This document shows positions 40,943 to 51,332 of a stretch of DNA of 64,000 bases, one piece after another. The translations under genes and the position numbers were made by a program. Numbering within the stretch: position 1 is the stretch's first letter; the number at the start of each line of letters is the position of its first letter. The stretch is from Acidobacteriota bacterium (GTDB lineage: Bacteria; Acidobacteriota; Terriglobia; Terriglobales; SCQP01): positions 93,805-157,804 of the forward strand of contig JAJYIU010000002.1 of NCBI GenBank assembly GCA_021789895.1, written 5' to 3'. The notes below the pieces were generated by a model. That model worked only from the letters and a program-made list of their open reading frames with translations, ran no database searches and had not been told where the DNA came from.

Positions 40943-42880
40943 ATGTTAAGGCTATTTCAACAGCGGGAAAAGCTGGTCAAATATTTTCTCGGCGCCATCC
41001 TGGTGGTGGTTTCCGTTGGGATGACGATGTACCTGATCCCCGGATTTCTTTACAACCCGGGTGGCAACCAGTCCAACGGCAGCGTAGCCAGCGTGAACGG
41101 ACAGCCGATCAGCGTGCTGGAATTTTCACAAGCCTACCAGCAACGGCAGCAGCAATATGCCAGCCAGTTGCCAGCGAGCATGATGCCGCTGCTCGGGCGC
41201 CAGGTGCTGCAAGGGCTGATTCAGACCGAGCTGATGGTGCAGCAGGCGAAGGAGCTGGGGCTGACAGTGAGCAACGCCGAGCTTAGCCATTATCTGCAGC
41301 AGGATCCGAACCTGTTTCCCAACGGGCAATTCATCGGTGCGCAGCAGTATCAGAACCTCATCGCGAACAGCTACAACATGACCGTGCCGGAGTTCGAGGC
41401 GCAGCAGCGCGACCGGATTCTGGAGGGTAAACTGTTGGACCTGATCACCGATGGCGTGCGGGTGAGTCCACAGGAAGTGCGGCAGGAGTTCCTGCAGGAA
41501 TTTGAAAAGGCCAAAATCGCTTACGTTGCGCTGGCTCCGCAGTCGCTGAAAAATCAGGTGAAACCCACGCCGGCGGCGCTGGAAGCCTACTATCACGCCC
41601 ATGCCAGCAGCTATATGACGCCGGAAAAGCGACGGCTGCAGTTCGTCGTGGCCGAGCCCGCACTGTTCGCCGCGCAGGTCAAGGTTTCCGACGCGGCGAT
41701 TGCCCGCGTTTACCAGCAAAATCTGGGCCAGTACACCTATCCCGAGCGCGCCAAGGTGGCGCATATCCTGATCAAGACCACTGGGGACAATGCTGCCCAG
41801 CGCCAGGCGGCGCTCAAGAAAGCGCAGAGCATCCTGGCGCAGTTGCGCCACGGCGCCGATTTTGCCAAGTTGGCGAAGCAGTATTCGCAAGACCCGGGCA
41901 GCGCCGCCCAGGGGGGCGAGTTGGGCTGGATCACGCCCGGGCAGACGGTGCCCGCGTTCCAGCAAACCGCCTTTTCGCTGCCCGTGGGGCAGATCAGCGG
42001 CATCGTGAAGACGGTTTACGGCTACCACATCATCAAGGTGGAAGCGCGGCAGCCGGCGCATACTGAAAGCCTGGCGGAAGCGACGCCGCAGATTCGCGCC
42101 AACCTGCAGCAGACGGAAGCGCAGCAGGCGGCGCAGAACGCCATCCAGCAGGCGGCCACGATGGCGCCCACCAGCGGGCTGGCGGCGGCGGCCAACAGCC
42201 TGCATCTGCCGCTGATTACCACGCCGCCAATCAGCCGCACCGATCCGGTCGAATACGTGGGCGTCAATCCGGATTTCGTCAACGCCGTGTTTCAGGCCCC
42301 AGCCAACGGGCTCACGCCGGTGTTGAATCTGCCTTCCGGTTTCGTGCTGGCGCAAGTCAAAGCGATTTTGCCGCCGCAGTTGCCGCCGTTTAGCCAGGTA
42401 GCGGCCGAGGTGCAGCGGGATTATATCCGGGAACAGGCGCAAAAACTGATGGAGCAGCAGGCGCAAAAACTGGCGCAGACGGCCAAACAATCGGGAGTGA
42501 AAGGGCTGCAGGCTGCGGCCGCAAAGCTGGGGATGAAGCTGGCCACCAGCGGCTGGCTGGGCCGCAACGATGAATTGACGGGCATCGGCCCGGTCAGCTC
42601 GTTCTTCCGCCCGCTGGTGAACCTGCAACCCGGACAGGCAGGGGGGCCGGTGCTGATCGGTACCGACCAGGTGGTGTACGTGCTGCAGCAACTGCAGCCG
42701 CCGCCGTCCGGCACCTTCGCCAAAAATCGCTTGCAGATAAAAAACACCCTGCTTGAGCAAAAGCGCGAACACCTGTTCACCGCGTACAGCGATGCCCTGC
42801 TGACCCAAGCGGAAAAGACCGGCAAGGTCAAAATCAACGAAGCGCAGTTGGAAAACGTGCTCGGCACCAATAGCGATTAA
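40943..42880 (+). CDS. PpiD/SurA-like periplasmic chaperone with parvulin PPIase domain
   Basis: N-terminal TM helix and a SurA_N-like region. Parvulin domain: VAHILIKT ... GADFAKLAKQYSQDPGSAAQGGELGWITPGQTVPAFQQTAFSL ... VKTVYGYHIIKV. Confidence 0.85.
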   Translation: MLRLFQQREKLVKYFLGAILVVVSVGMTMYLIPGFLYNPGGNQSNGSVASVNGQPISVLEFSQAYQQRQQQYASQLPASMMPLLGRQVLQGLIQTELMVQQAKELGLTVSNAELSHYLQQDPNLFPNGQFIGAQQYQNLIANSYNMTVPEFEAQQRDRILEGKLLDLITDGVRVSPQEVRQEFLQEFEKAKIAYVALAPQSLKNQVKPTPAALEAYYHAHASSYMTPEKRRLQFVVAEPALFAAQVKVSDAAIARVYQQNLGQYTYPERAKVAHILIKTTGDNAAQRQAALKKAQSILAQLRHGADFAKLAKQYSQDPGSAAQGGELGWITPGQTVPAFQQTAFSLPVGQISGIVKTVYGYHIIKVEARQPAHTESLAEATPQIRANLQQTEAQQAAQNAIQQAATMAPTSGLAAAANSLHLPLITTPPISRTDPVEYVGVNPDFVNAVFQAPANGLTPVLNLPSGFVLAQVKAILPPQLPPFSQVAAEVQRDYIREQAQKLMEQQAQKLAQTAKQSGVKGLQAAAAKLGMKLATSGWLGRNDELTGIGPVSSFFRPLVNLQPGQAGGPVLIGTDQVVYVLQQLQPPPSGTFAKNRLQIKNTLLEQKREHLFTAYSDALLTQAEKTGKVKINEAQLENVLGTNSD

Positions 42881-42894
42881 GCGGCATTCCTCTC

Positions 42895-43956
42895 ATGTCC
42901 TCAAAAATTCCGGTTGGTATCCTCGGCGCCACCGGCATTGTCGGCCAGCGCCTGCTCTCCCTGCTCGACCAGCATCCCTGGTTCGAGCCAGTCTGGCTGG
43001 CGGCTTCGGAGCGTTCGGAAGGCAAGACCTATGTTGAAGCGGCGCGCTGGCGGCTGGCGCAACCGCTGCCGGCGCGCTTTGCCGGCCTGACGGTGCAGGG
43101 ACCGGAGCCGGCCACCTGCCCAACGCGGGTGGTGCTGGCGGCGCTGGACGCGGCCGCGGCGGCGCGCATCGAGCCCGCCTTCGCCGCCGCCGGCAAGCTG
43201 GTGATTTCCAATTCCAGCGCCCTGCGCATGCATCCCGAGGTGCCGCTGCTGGTGCCGGAAGTGAATCCCGAACACCTGCAACTGCTCGAGCGGCAGCGGA
43301 CGGGCGAACTGGGGCGACGGGGCGGGGGCGCCATTACCAACCCCAACTGCTCCACCATCGGGCTGGTGCTGGCGCTGGCGCCACTGGCGCGCGGGTTCGG
43401 GCTGCGGCGGGTGCAGGTAACGACCATGCAGGCGATTTCCGGAGCCGGCTACCCCGGCGTGGCGTCACTCGACATTCTCGGCAACGTGGTGCCGTACATC
43501 GCCAACGAAGAAGAAAAGATGGAAAGCGAGACGCGGAAGATTCTCGGCCGGCTGACCCGGGACGGCATCGAAGCCGCGGCGACGCAGGTCTCGGCGCAGT
43601 GCAATCGGGTGGCGGTGGAAGACGGGCACATGGAAACAGTCAGCGTCGAGTTGGAGCGGAAGGCGGGACTGGACGAGGTGCGGGCGGCGATGGCGGGCTT
43701 CCGCGGCCGCCCGCAGGAACTGGAACTGCCCACCGCGCCGGCGCAGCCGTTGATTCTGCTCGAAGCCGCCGACCGCCCGCAGCCGCGCTTCGACGCCGAG
43801 CGCGCCGGCATGAGCGTGCTCGTCGGCCGGCTGCGCCCCTGCCCGGTGTTCGATTACAAATTCACCCTGCTGTCGCACAATACGCTGCGCGGCGCCGCCG
43901 GCGCGGCGCTGCTCAATGCCGAATGGCTGCAGGCGGAAGGCCGGCTGCCGGCGTAA
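42895..43956 (+). CDS. asd: aspartate-semialdehyde dehydrogenase
   Basis: GILGATGIVGQRL (NADP-binding), active-site NPNCSTIGLVLAL, SGAGYPG, HNTLRGAAGAALLNAE. Confidence 0.92.
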   Translation: MSSKIPVGILGATGIVGQRLLSLLDQHPWFEPVWLAASERSEGKTYVEAARWRLAQPLPARFAGLTVQGPEPATCPTRVVLAALDAAAAARIEPAFAAAGKLVISNSSALRMHPEVPLLVPEVNPEHLQLLERQRTGELGRRGGGAITNPNCSTIGLVLALAPLARGFGLRRVQVTTMQAISGAGYPGVASLDILGNVVPYIANEEEKMESETRKILGRLTRDGIEAAATQVSAQCNRVAVEDGHMETVSVELERKAGLDEVRAAMAGFRGRPQELELPTAPAQPLILLEAADRPQPRFDAERAGMSVLVGRLRPCPVFDYKFTLLSHNTLRGAAGAALLNAEWLQAEGRLPA

Positions 43957-44006
43957 GAGCGCGGCCATCGAAGGCGGTCCAAGCGAGGAGAAAGGGAAAC
44001 GGGGCC

Positions 44007-45437
44007 ATGGTGGTGATGAAATTCGGCGGCACGTCGGTGGAGGATGCCGCCGCGCTGGCGCGCATGGCCGAAATCGTGGCCGACCGCCGGCCGGAACATC
44101 CGCTAACCGTGGTTTCCGCCATGGCCGGCGTCACCGACCGCCTGCTGGAGCTTTCCAGCCTGGCGCTTTCGGGCGCGGAAAGTTTCCTCGCCCAGGCGCT
44201 GGAGGCGCTCGAAGCCCGGCATCTTGAAGCGCTCAGCCGGCTGGGCGCCGATCCCGGCGCCGAGCGCATCATCCGCGAACTCTGCCGCGGGCTGGGCGAA
44301 TTGCTGCACGGCATCGCGGCGGTGGGCGAGTTGACGCCGCGCACCCGCGACGCGGTGCTGGCCTACGGTGAACGCCTCTCGCCGCCCCTGGCGGCCGCGG
44401 CGCTGCGCGCCCGCGGGTTGGCGGCGCAAGCGCTCGACGCCCGCCGCTTCATCGTCACCGACAGCCAGTTCAACCAGGCCCAGCCGCTGTACGCACTAAT
44501 CGAGCAGCGGGCGAAACAAGAACTGCTGCCGGCCATGGGCGACGGCGAAGCGTCGCCGCTGGCGGTGGTGGGCGGGTTTATTGGCGCCAACGCCGCCGGC
44601 GTCACCACCACCCTGGGCCGCGGCGGCTCGGATTTTTCCGCCGCCATCCTGGGCGCGGCGCTAGGCGCGGAACGAATTGAAATCTGGACCGACGTAGACG
44701 GCATGCTCACCACCGATCCGCGCATTTGCGCCTCCGCCCTGCGGATCAAGCACATTTCCTTCGCCGAGGCGGCCGAATCCGCCTATTACGGCGCCAAGGT
44801 GCTGCACCCGGCGACACTGCTGCCGGCGATGCAGAAAAATATCCCGGTCTGGATTCTCAACTCGCGCGCCTGGTTTCCCGGCCGGCCCGACGGCGAGCGC
44901 ACCGGGACGCTGGTTTCCTCGCACGCGCCGCGTTCAGCCACGCTGTTCAAATGCATCTCATGCAAGCGCGGCATCGCCCTGGTCGAAGTGGTTTCCACCC
45001 GCATGCTGATGGCGCACGGCTACATGAAAGCTATCTTCGACGTTTTCGCCCGGCATGGATGCCCGGTGGACATGCTGGCGACCTCCGAAGTCAGCGTCTC
45101 ACTGACCGTGGCCGACACGGCGCAATTACCCGAGATCGCGGACGAGTTGGGGCGCTTTGCCGAAGTGCGCTACCAGGGCAAGATGGCGATTCTCTGCATG
45201 GTGGGGGAGAACATACGCTACCGCCCGGGGGTGGCGGCGCGCGTCTTCGAGGCGCTGAAAAATACCAATATCCGGATGATTTCGCAAGGCGCTTCCGAGA
45301 TCAATATCGGGGTGGTGATTGCGGATGAAGACGTGCCGGCGGCGATCGCATCGCTGCACCGGATATTTTTTCAAGAGCCTGATCCGGCGATTTTCGGGGT
45401 CGAGAGCGGGGCGGCGGCTTTGAGCGTCAAGCGTTGA
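44007..45437 (+). CDS. lysC: aspartate kinase (monofunctional, with C-terminal ACT domains)
   Basis: AGGAG Shine-Dalgarno sequence, then MVVMKFGGTSVEDAAALARMAEIV. Motifs: VVSAMAGVTD, GRGGSDFSAAILGAAL, IWTDVDGMLTTDPR, AYYGAKVLHP; ACT region at the C-terminus. The 43599-44006 extension in the track overlaps asd. Confidence 0.92.
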   Translation: MVVMKFGGTSVEDAAALARMAEIVADRRPEHPLTVVSAMAGVTDRLLELSSLALSGAESFLAQALEALEARHLEALSRLGADPGAERIIRELCRGLGELLHGIAAVGELTPRTRDAVLAYGERLSPPLAAAALRARGLAAQALDARRFIVTDSQFNQAQPLYALIEQRAKQELLPAMGDGEASPLAVVGGFIGANAAGVTTTLGRGGSDFSAAILGAALGAERIEIWTDVDGMLTTDPRICASALRIKHISFAEAAESAYYGAKVLHPATLLPAMQKNIPVWILNSRAWFPGRPDGERTGTLVSSHAPRSATLFKCISCKRGIALVEVVSTRMLMAHGYMKAIFDVFARHGCPVDMLATSEVSVSLTVADTAQLPEIADELGRFAEVRYQGKMAILCMVGENIRYRPGVAARVFEALKNTNIRMISQGASEINIGVVIADEDVPAAIASLHRIFFQEPDPAIFGVESGAAALSVKR

Positions 45438-45581
45438 GGGGTACTTTCAGCCGGAGAGCCGCCAGTTTTTCTGCCGACAGTTCACCGCCGAATTGCCGTG
45501 GCCGCGCGACGCCTTCGGGGACGCGGGCTATGCTAGGCTCAAGGGAGCGGCGCGCGAGTGCGGCCCGCGAGGAGCAGAGGC

Positions 45582-45761
45582 ATGTCAATCAGCCAGGAGT
45601 TGCTGGACATACTGGTTTGCCCGGAAGACAAAGCGAAACTGAAACTGGTGGCGGACGGCTCCGGTCTGGAGTGCCAGAAATGCCGGCGGATCTATCCGAT
45701 CCGCGATGGGATACCGGTGATGCTGGTGGAAGAGGCGCGGCTGCCGGAGCAAGAAAACTGA
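45582..45761 (+). CDS. Trm112/YcaR (UPF0434) family small protein
   Basis: LLDILVCPEDKAKL ... CQKCRRIYPIRDGIPVMLVEEA. Confidence 0.8.
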   Translation: MSISQELLDILVCPEDKAKLKLVADGSGLECQKCRRIYPIRDGIPVMLVEEARLPEQEN

Positions 45762-45880
45762 AGCGGCACGGCTTTTATCGCACCAAGACTTTGGGGTTGC
45801 AAACAGCGGGGCATGCCATTTCTAATTTATCCGTCTGAAAACATACCAACCGGATCATCTCCCAAACCTAGAAATCATCT

Positions 45881-48547
45881 TTATTCATATCGCAGGGCGG
45901 TCAGCGGATCGAGCTTCGCCGCGCTGCGCGCCGGTAGCCAGACGGCCACCAGGGCGGCAACCATTAACGCCAACGTCGCCAAGGCATAGGTCCATGGGTC
46001 CTGCGGGGAAATTTCAAATAAAAGGCTGCGGGCCGCGCGCGACGCCAACCAAGCCAAGCACCAGCCGAGTAAAGCGCCCGTTCCGGTCCAAAGTAATACT
46101 TTCCTCAAAAAATCAGCCATCACTCTTCCAGGGCTCGCGCCAAGCAGCATGCGAACAGCAATATCGTGGATTGAACGTTGGACGAAATAATGCGTCACGC
46201 CAAAAATTCCCAGCATGGCCAGGCCCAAAGCCAATACGGCAAAGAGGAGCAATAATGTTGAACGAAAGCGAGGAACCGCGGCCGCGGCGGCTATCTGGGC
46301 GCGCATCAAGATCGCGGGTTCGATGGACATCCGCAGGCCGCTTGCCGCGGCCACCCCGTCCATGACGGCATCCAGTTGCGCCAACAATTCGGCGAGAGGG
46401 CGGCGAGCACGCACGATCAAGTTACCGCCAACGAATGCTTCCTGCCATATAGATTCGTAAACCAACGGCTCGGTATTTGCCAAGCCGGTCTGGCGCGTGT
46501 CTTCGACCACTCCAATCACCAGACAATCCGGATCGCGGGCGCGAGTGAAGCGGCATCGGTACCATCGCAGCCGCCGGCCGACAGGATTCCGGCCGGGAAA
46601 AAATCGCTTCGCGGCGTTACGGGTCAGCACCACGCGCATGGGCAAGGCATTCGTATCGGAGGCATTGAAAACGCGCCCGGCAAGCACCCGCGCGCCCATC
46701 ATACGGAAATAACCGGGCGATACAACGCTCAAATCCACCGCCCGGGCGAACGCAGCGCTTTCGGATTGCGCGGCGGGCGTGAGCGGCGGGTTGGAGGCCA
46801 TCGCGACCCCGGCCACGCCGGACAGCGCGCGCAAGCGCGGCAACAACTCGCGTAAAAAGGCATGAAACGCCGCCGAAGCATACCCATATTTTCGGGGAAA
46901 CGGCGGCTGCAGATCGAGGCCAACGCTGATCAAGTGCCGGCGTTGAAAGCCCAAGGGCGCATGCACCAGCTTATGGAAGCTGCGCAGGAATAAACCGGCC
47001 GTGAGCAGGAGCGACAAAGCCATCGCCATTTCAGCCATCATCAGCAGCGGTTGCAGACGAAAGCCGCGGCGGTCTCCACGCACCCTGCCCGATAATCCAC
47101 GCCAATATTCAAAGCGTTTTGCACGATGCGCCGGTAAAAAGGCGAATAGAAGCATCCACGCGATCGTAACCAACAAAGCCCAGCCGAGTTCGGGCATGGT
47201 GAACAATGCGGGATGCAGCAACTGGAAGGTGGCGACCAGGGAAGGCGGCAAAACCACCAGCAGCAATTTCAGTCCGATCCCAGCCAAGCCCAGCCCGAAA
47301 CCGATTCCGAAAAAAGCCAAAAGAAAATTTTCCGCCAGCCGTTGCCGCGCCAATCGTCCCGCACCGGCGCCCAATGCAGTCCTAATCGAAAATTCGCGCC
47401 GGCGCGTTTCGGAACGGGCCAAGAAAAGATTGGCGAGATTGGCAAAAACGATCAGCAGGACCAAGCCGGAGGCGGCAAACAATAACACTAGATAAAGCGA
47501 AATCCGGGAAAAGAAGTGATGCTGCAGCGGCTCGATAGCAATCTGCCAGCCGCGTTCCTGCGGATCGCTTCGCACCAGGCCGGCGTCCATCGTATTCAAA
47601 GCCGCTTGGAGCCGGGACGGCTTAACTCCCGGTCGCGGTAAGGCAATGGCCCAAAGGTTGTGCCGTGGGTCCGGATGCGCGGCGAGGGCATTGTACTCGA
47701 TCCAAAAATCGACTTTTTTAGCGCCAAATCGAAAGCCTGGCGGAAGCACGCCCACCACCGCCACTTCCGGAGGGAAAAAGTCCAGCACGCGAAAACGCAA
47801 GCCGGAAGATAACGGGCGGGACTGGAATTGTCGCTGCCAGAAGGAATAAGAGACGACCGCTACTAGAGCATGATGCGCTTGCGCATCGGCAGGATTCAGC
47901 AGGCGGCCGCGCCATTGCACAACCCCCAGCATTGAAAATAAATTGCCGCTGGCGCTGGCAAAGGTTGCATATCGCAGCCGGCCCGGCCGAAATTGACAGG
48001 TAACCACTTCGGGCGAAACGCCCGCAACTATGCCAACCAATAACGGCTTGGCGCCTTGTTGCCAGGCTTCGACCTCTTCCGCCGAGACCGGCTGCCGGCG
48101 TAATCCGAGCCGCGGATTCTCGTCCGTCAACCAGAGCAAGCGAGCGGCATGGGGATACGGCAGAGGGCGGAAGAATGCTTTATCTAATAGTGAAAAGATG
48201 GCGGCATTGACGCCGATTCCCAGCGCCAGGGTAAGCACCGCGACCGCGGTGAATCCCGGGCTACGGCGCAACTGGCGCAGGCCGAAGCGCAGATCCTGCG
48301 CCAGCTCGTCGAGCCAGCGCAGCCCGCGGCGATCGCGGCAGGCCTCGGCGGCGGCGTCCAGGCCACCCAGCTTGATTCGCGCCCGCCGCCGCGCTTCTTC
48401 GGGCGGCAAACCGGCGCGCTCATATTCAGCCGCGGCGAGCGCCAGATGAGTTGCCAACTCCTCCGCCAGCTCGCGCTCCCGCCGCCCGTGATAAAACAGC
48501 TCGCCGACCCGCGCCAGCGCCCGCCGAATTGACCGTCTGCTATTCAT
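45881..48547 (-). CDS. ADOP-family duplicated FtsX/MacB-type permease (copy 1)
   Basis: 888 aa with a conserved N-terminal prefix (ELAEELATHLALAAAEYERAGLPPEEARRRA...). Two MacB_PCD-plus-FtsX 4-TM modules. Ends ...KLDPLTALRYE. Confidence 0.85.
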   Translation of the reverse strand: MNSRRSIRRALARVGELFYHGRRERELAEELATHLALAAAEYERAGLPPEEARRRARIKLGGLDAAAEACRDRRGLRWLDELAQDLRFGLRQLRRSPGFTAVAVLTLALGIGVNAAIFSLLDKAFFRPLPYPHAARLLWLTDENPRLGLRRQPVSAEEVEAWQQGAKPLLVGIVAGVSPEVVTCQFRPGRLRYATFASASGNLFSMLGVVQWRGRLLNPADAQAHHALVAVVSYSFWQRQFQSRPLSSGLRFRVLDFFPPEVAVVGVLPPGFRFGAKKVDFWIEYNALAAHPDPRHNLWAIALPRPGVKPSRLQAALNTMDAGLVRSDPQERGWQIAIEPLQHHFFSRISLYLVLLFAASGLVLLIVFANLANLFLARSETRRREFSIRTALGAGAGRLARQRLAENFLLAFFGIGFGLGLAGIGLKLLLVVLPPSLVATFQLLHPALFTMPELGWALLVTIAWMLLFAFLPAHRAKRFEYWRGLSGRVRGDRRGFRLQPLLMMAEMAMALSLLLTAGLFLRSFHKLVHAPLGFQRRHLISVGLDLQPPFPRKYGYASAAFHAFLRELLPRLRALSGVAGVAMASNPPLTPAAQSESAAFARAVDLSVVSPGYFRMMGARVLAGRVFNASDTNALPMRVVLTRNAAKRFFPGRNPVGRRLRWYRCRFTRARDPDCLVIGVVEDTRQTGLANTEPLVYESIWQEAFVGGNLIVRARRPLAELLAQLDAVMDGVAAASGLRMSIEPAILMRAQIAAAAAVPRFRSTLLLLFAVLALGLAMLGIFGVTHYFVQRSIHDIAVRMLLGASPGRVMADFLRKVLLWTGTGALLGWCLAWLASRAARSLLFEISPQDPWTYALATLALMVAALVAVWLPARSAAKLDPLTALRYE
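48272..48547. repeat. conserved 5' block shared by the two ADOP genes (copy 1)
   Basis: Aligns with 51012-51287 at a constant offset of 2740. I counted 24 mismatches in 260 nt (48271-48530), while the rest of the two genes is far more diverged. Confidence 0.8.
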
Positions 48548-48617
48548 TCCCTCGCGTCTCCGACTTTACGGCGCTGCGCTTGCTATGTTTCCGCCCAGGC
48601 CCCTGCTTCGCTAACAT

Positions 48618-51287
48618 TCACTCATAACGCAACGCTTCCAACGGATCCAATTTCGCCGCCCGGCGCGCCGGCACATAGCTGGCGGCCAGGGCCACGCCGG
48701 TCAGCAGCAAGCCGGCGCCCAGATAACTCCAGAGATCACCCGGTGAAACTTGGAATAGCAGGCCGGCCAACAGCCGGCCGAACGCCCAGGCGGCGGCAAG
48801 CCCGATCAATCCGCCGACCAGCGCCAGCTTCAAGCCTCCGGCGACAATCAATCGCACCAACTGGCCATGCGTCGCGCCCAGCGCCGATCGCACGCCCAAT
48901 TCATGCCGACGCTGGGTTACGCCATACGCCAGCAAACTATAAATTCCCATCCCGGCCACGCCCAAGCCGAGCAGGCCCAGCAAGGCCGTCAGCCAGGCAT
49001 GGACCCGTTCCGCCGACAATGACGCGTCATGAGCGATTTCGCTTTCCAGCGGACGAATGACGATGGGCAAACCGTTCAGATCAGCGCCGCAGATCTTGCG
49101 CATCTCCGGCACGAAGCCGGCGGCGGGGGTTTTCGTGCGCGCCAGGAAATGCAGAAACGGCACTGGAAATTGCGCCAGCGGAACAAAATAGCCCGGAGCC
49201 GGGGGGCGCGTCAGCGTTTGACCCATCGTATTTCCCACCACACCGATGACGACGTCATTGCCTAATTTTTTTCCCAGCGGGTTGCGCCCGGGAAAGGCCT
49301 GGCGCGCCAGAGCCCGATTGATGATGCACACCCGGCGCGATCGGGCGGTATCGCCGGCGCGAAAGTCGCGCCCGCTCAGCAGCGGGATCTGCATGGTGGT
49401 GAAATAGCCGGGGCTGACGGGCTGCAAGGCCATCTCCAGCGGGTGACCGACGGGGCCATGCGCGCCAAAATTTTGGATCGCCTGGGTGATGGTCGCACCG
49501 CCGGACAGCATGGGCGGGGTGACGGCGACGGCGGCCGAGGCCACCGCCGGCCGCGCCTGCAGGCGGGCCAAGACTTCCGCGGCAAAACGGGTCCAATCGG
49601 CATGGGTTTTATATTGATTCAGCGGCAATTGAATATAGGCATCGAGCAGGCGGCGAGGATTGAAGCCCGGCCGCACGGCCAGCGTGCGCAGCAGGCTATG
49701 CAGCAGCAAGCCGGCGCTCAATAGCAGCATAAAAGACAGCGCAATTTCCGCCGTCGTCAAGGCTTGACGCATCCGGCGCGGGGCGCGGCACTCGCCGTGC
49801 CTGAGATTGGCCAGCGCCGGGCTGCCAGGGTGGTTTTGCCAGCGCCCAGCTTGCCAAGCCGGCAACAGGGCCAGCAGCAGCGCGATGGCGACCCCCGCAC
49901 CCAGCGCCGCCAGCAGCAGCGCCGGTTTGAGCGCCAATTCCGCTGCCCCCAAGCCGAGCGGCAACTCGCTGCGGGACAGCCGCAGCGCCGCCAGCGCCAA
50001 GCCCCATCCGGCGGCTGCGCCGGGCAGCGCCAGCAGCAGATTTTCAACCAGCCACTGCCGCATTAACTCGCGGCGTCCGGCGCCCAGCATGGCGCGCGTG
50101 ACAATTTCCACCCGGCGCGCGCCGACCCGCGCCGAGAGCAGGTTGGCCAGATTGACGCACGCAATTAAAAGCAAAAGCCCGGCGGCGATCAGCAGGAGCC
50201 ACAAGGGCCGGCGATAGGGGCGCGACACCAGGCCCGCCAGCGGTACGAGCGTTACCCGCACATGCTGCGCATCATAGAGCAGGGTGTGCCGGGCGCTCAG
50301 CCAGTTATGAAACCGGGTTTGGAATTCTGCCGCGGCCGCGGCCCGCGTCGCCCCCGATGCCAAGCGGCCGAGTACGTCATAGCCCCAGCCGGCGGAGCCG
50401 GGGGAAATGCCGCGATAAAGGTTCGGCAGCAGGCCGGCAATTAATCGAGGGCTAATCGGCAGCCAAATTGGGGGCGTGCCGGCAAGAAACGGGTAGCGCG
50501 CATGTGCCGGCAAGATGCCGACGATGGTGAAGCTTCCCGAGGAAACGCCGAGCGTTTCGCCCACCGCATGCGGATCGCCATGCAGCGCTTGCCGCCAAAA
50601 AGCATGGCTGATTACCACCACCGGACGCCCGGCGCTTACATCGCCGGCATCGAACAGCCGCCCCCGCGCGGCATGCGTCGCCGTCAATTGAAACAATTCG
50701 GGCGTGGACACCTCAACCAAGGAATTCCATGTATGCTGCCGATACCTTACATGCGCCGGGAAGGAAGTATAGACGGCCAGTTTGCGCAAGAGGGAGGCTG
50801 GTTTCGCCAAAATCCGCGCCAGCCCGAAATCAATCCCATGGGACACAGCGCGCCGGTCCAGCACTTCGAGGCTCATCAGCCGATGGGCCTGCGGGTAGGG
50901 CAGAGGCTCGAGCAACGTGGCCTGGAAGAGGCTGAAAACCGCCGTGGTGGCGCCCAAGCCGAGCGCCAGGGTGAGAATTGCGGCCATGGAAAATGCGCGG
51001 GCTTTGCGCATCTGGCGCAGGCCGAAGCGCAGGTCCTGCGCCAACCCGTCGAGCCAGCGCAGCCCGCGGCGGTCGCGGCAGGCCTCGGCGGCGGCGTCCA
51101 GGCCGCCCAGCTTGATCTGCGCCCGCCGCCGCGCCTCTTCGGGCGGCAAACCGGCGCGCTCATATTCAGCCGCGTGCAGCGCCAGATGAGTTGCCAGCTC
51201 GTCCGCGAGTTCGCGCTCCCGCCGACGGCGATGAAACAGCTCGCCTACGCGCACCAGCGTCCGCCGAATTTGCCTGGCGAAGTTCAT
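48618..51287 (-). CDS. ADOP-family duplicated FtsX/MacB-type permease (copy 2)
   Basis: Same architecture as copy 1, starting at MNFARQIRRTL... and ending ...KLDPLEALRYE. Lies 45 nt downstream of padR. Confidence 0.85.
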   Translation of the reverse strand: MNFARQIRRTLVRVGELFHRRRRERELADELATHLALHAAEYERAGLPPEEARRRAQIKLGGLDAAAEACRDRRGLRWLDGLAQDLRFGLRQMRKARAFSMAAILTLALGLGATTAVFSLFQATLLEPLPYPQAHRLMSLEVLDRRAVSHGIDFGLARILAKPASLLRKLAVYTSFPAHVRYRQHTWNSLVEVSTPELFQLTATHAARGRLFDAGDVSAGRPVVVISHAFWRQALHGDPHAVGETLGVSSGSFTIVGILPAHARYPFLAGTPPIWLPISPRLIAGLLPNLYRGISPGSAGWGYDVLGRLASGATRAAAAAEFQTRFHNWLSARHTLLYDAQHVRVTLVPLAGLVSRPYRRPLWLLLIAAGLLLLIACVNLANLLSARVGARRVEIVTRAMLGAGRRELMRQWLVENLLLALPGAAAGWGLALAALRLSRSELPLGLGAAELALKPALLLAALGAGVAIALLLALLPAWQAGRWQNHPGSPALANLRHGECRAPRRMRQALTTAEIALSFMLLLSAGLLLHSLLRTLAVRPGFNPRRLLDAYIQLPLNQYKTHADWTRFAAEVLARLQARPAVASAAVAVTPPMLSGGATITQAIQNFGAHGPVGHPLEMALQPVSPGYFTTMQIPLLSGRDFRAGDTARSRRVCIINRALARQAFPGRNPLGKKLGNDVVIGVVGNTMGQTLTRPPAPGYFVPLAQFPVPFLHFLARTKTPAAGFVPEMRKICGADLNGLPIVIRPLESEIAHDASLSAERVHAWLTALLGLLGLGVAGMGIYSLLAYGVTQRRHELGVRSALGATHGQLVRLIVAGGLKLALVGGLIGLAAAWAFGRLLAGLLFQVSPGDLWSYLGAGLLLTGVALAASYVPARRAAKLDPLEALRYE
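51012..51287. repeat. conserved 5' block shared by the two ADOP genes (copy 2)
   Basis: See 48272-48547. Confidence 0.8.
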
Positions 51288-51332
51288 CTCTATTCGCTTC
51301 TCCGATGCCGTCTTCCCACCTGACCACTGCAT

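Noticed and set aside
41126-42808. 560-aa minus-strand ORF opposite the PpiD-like gene.
   Set aside because: It is antisense to a CDS with a clear parvulin domain. Its low-complexity Arg/Leu/Gln/Gly composition is not protein-like.
43599-44006. 136-codon N-terminal extension of the aspartate kinase ORF.
   Set aside because: It overlaps the 3' end of asd in another frame and is Arg/Gly/Ala-rich. A canonical MKFGGTS start with an AGGAG Shine-Dalgarno sequence is at 44007.
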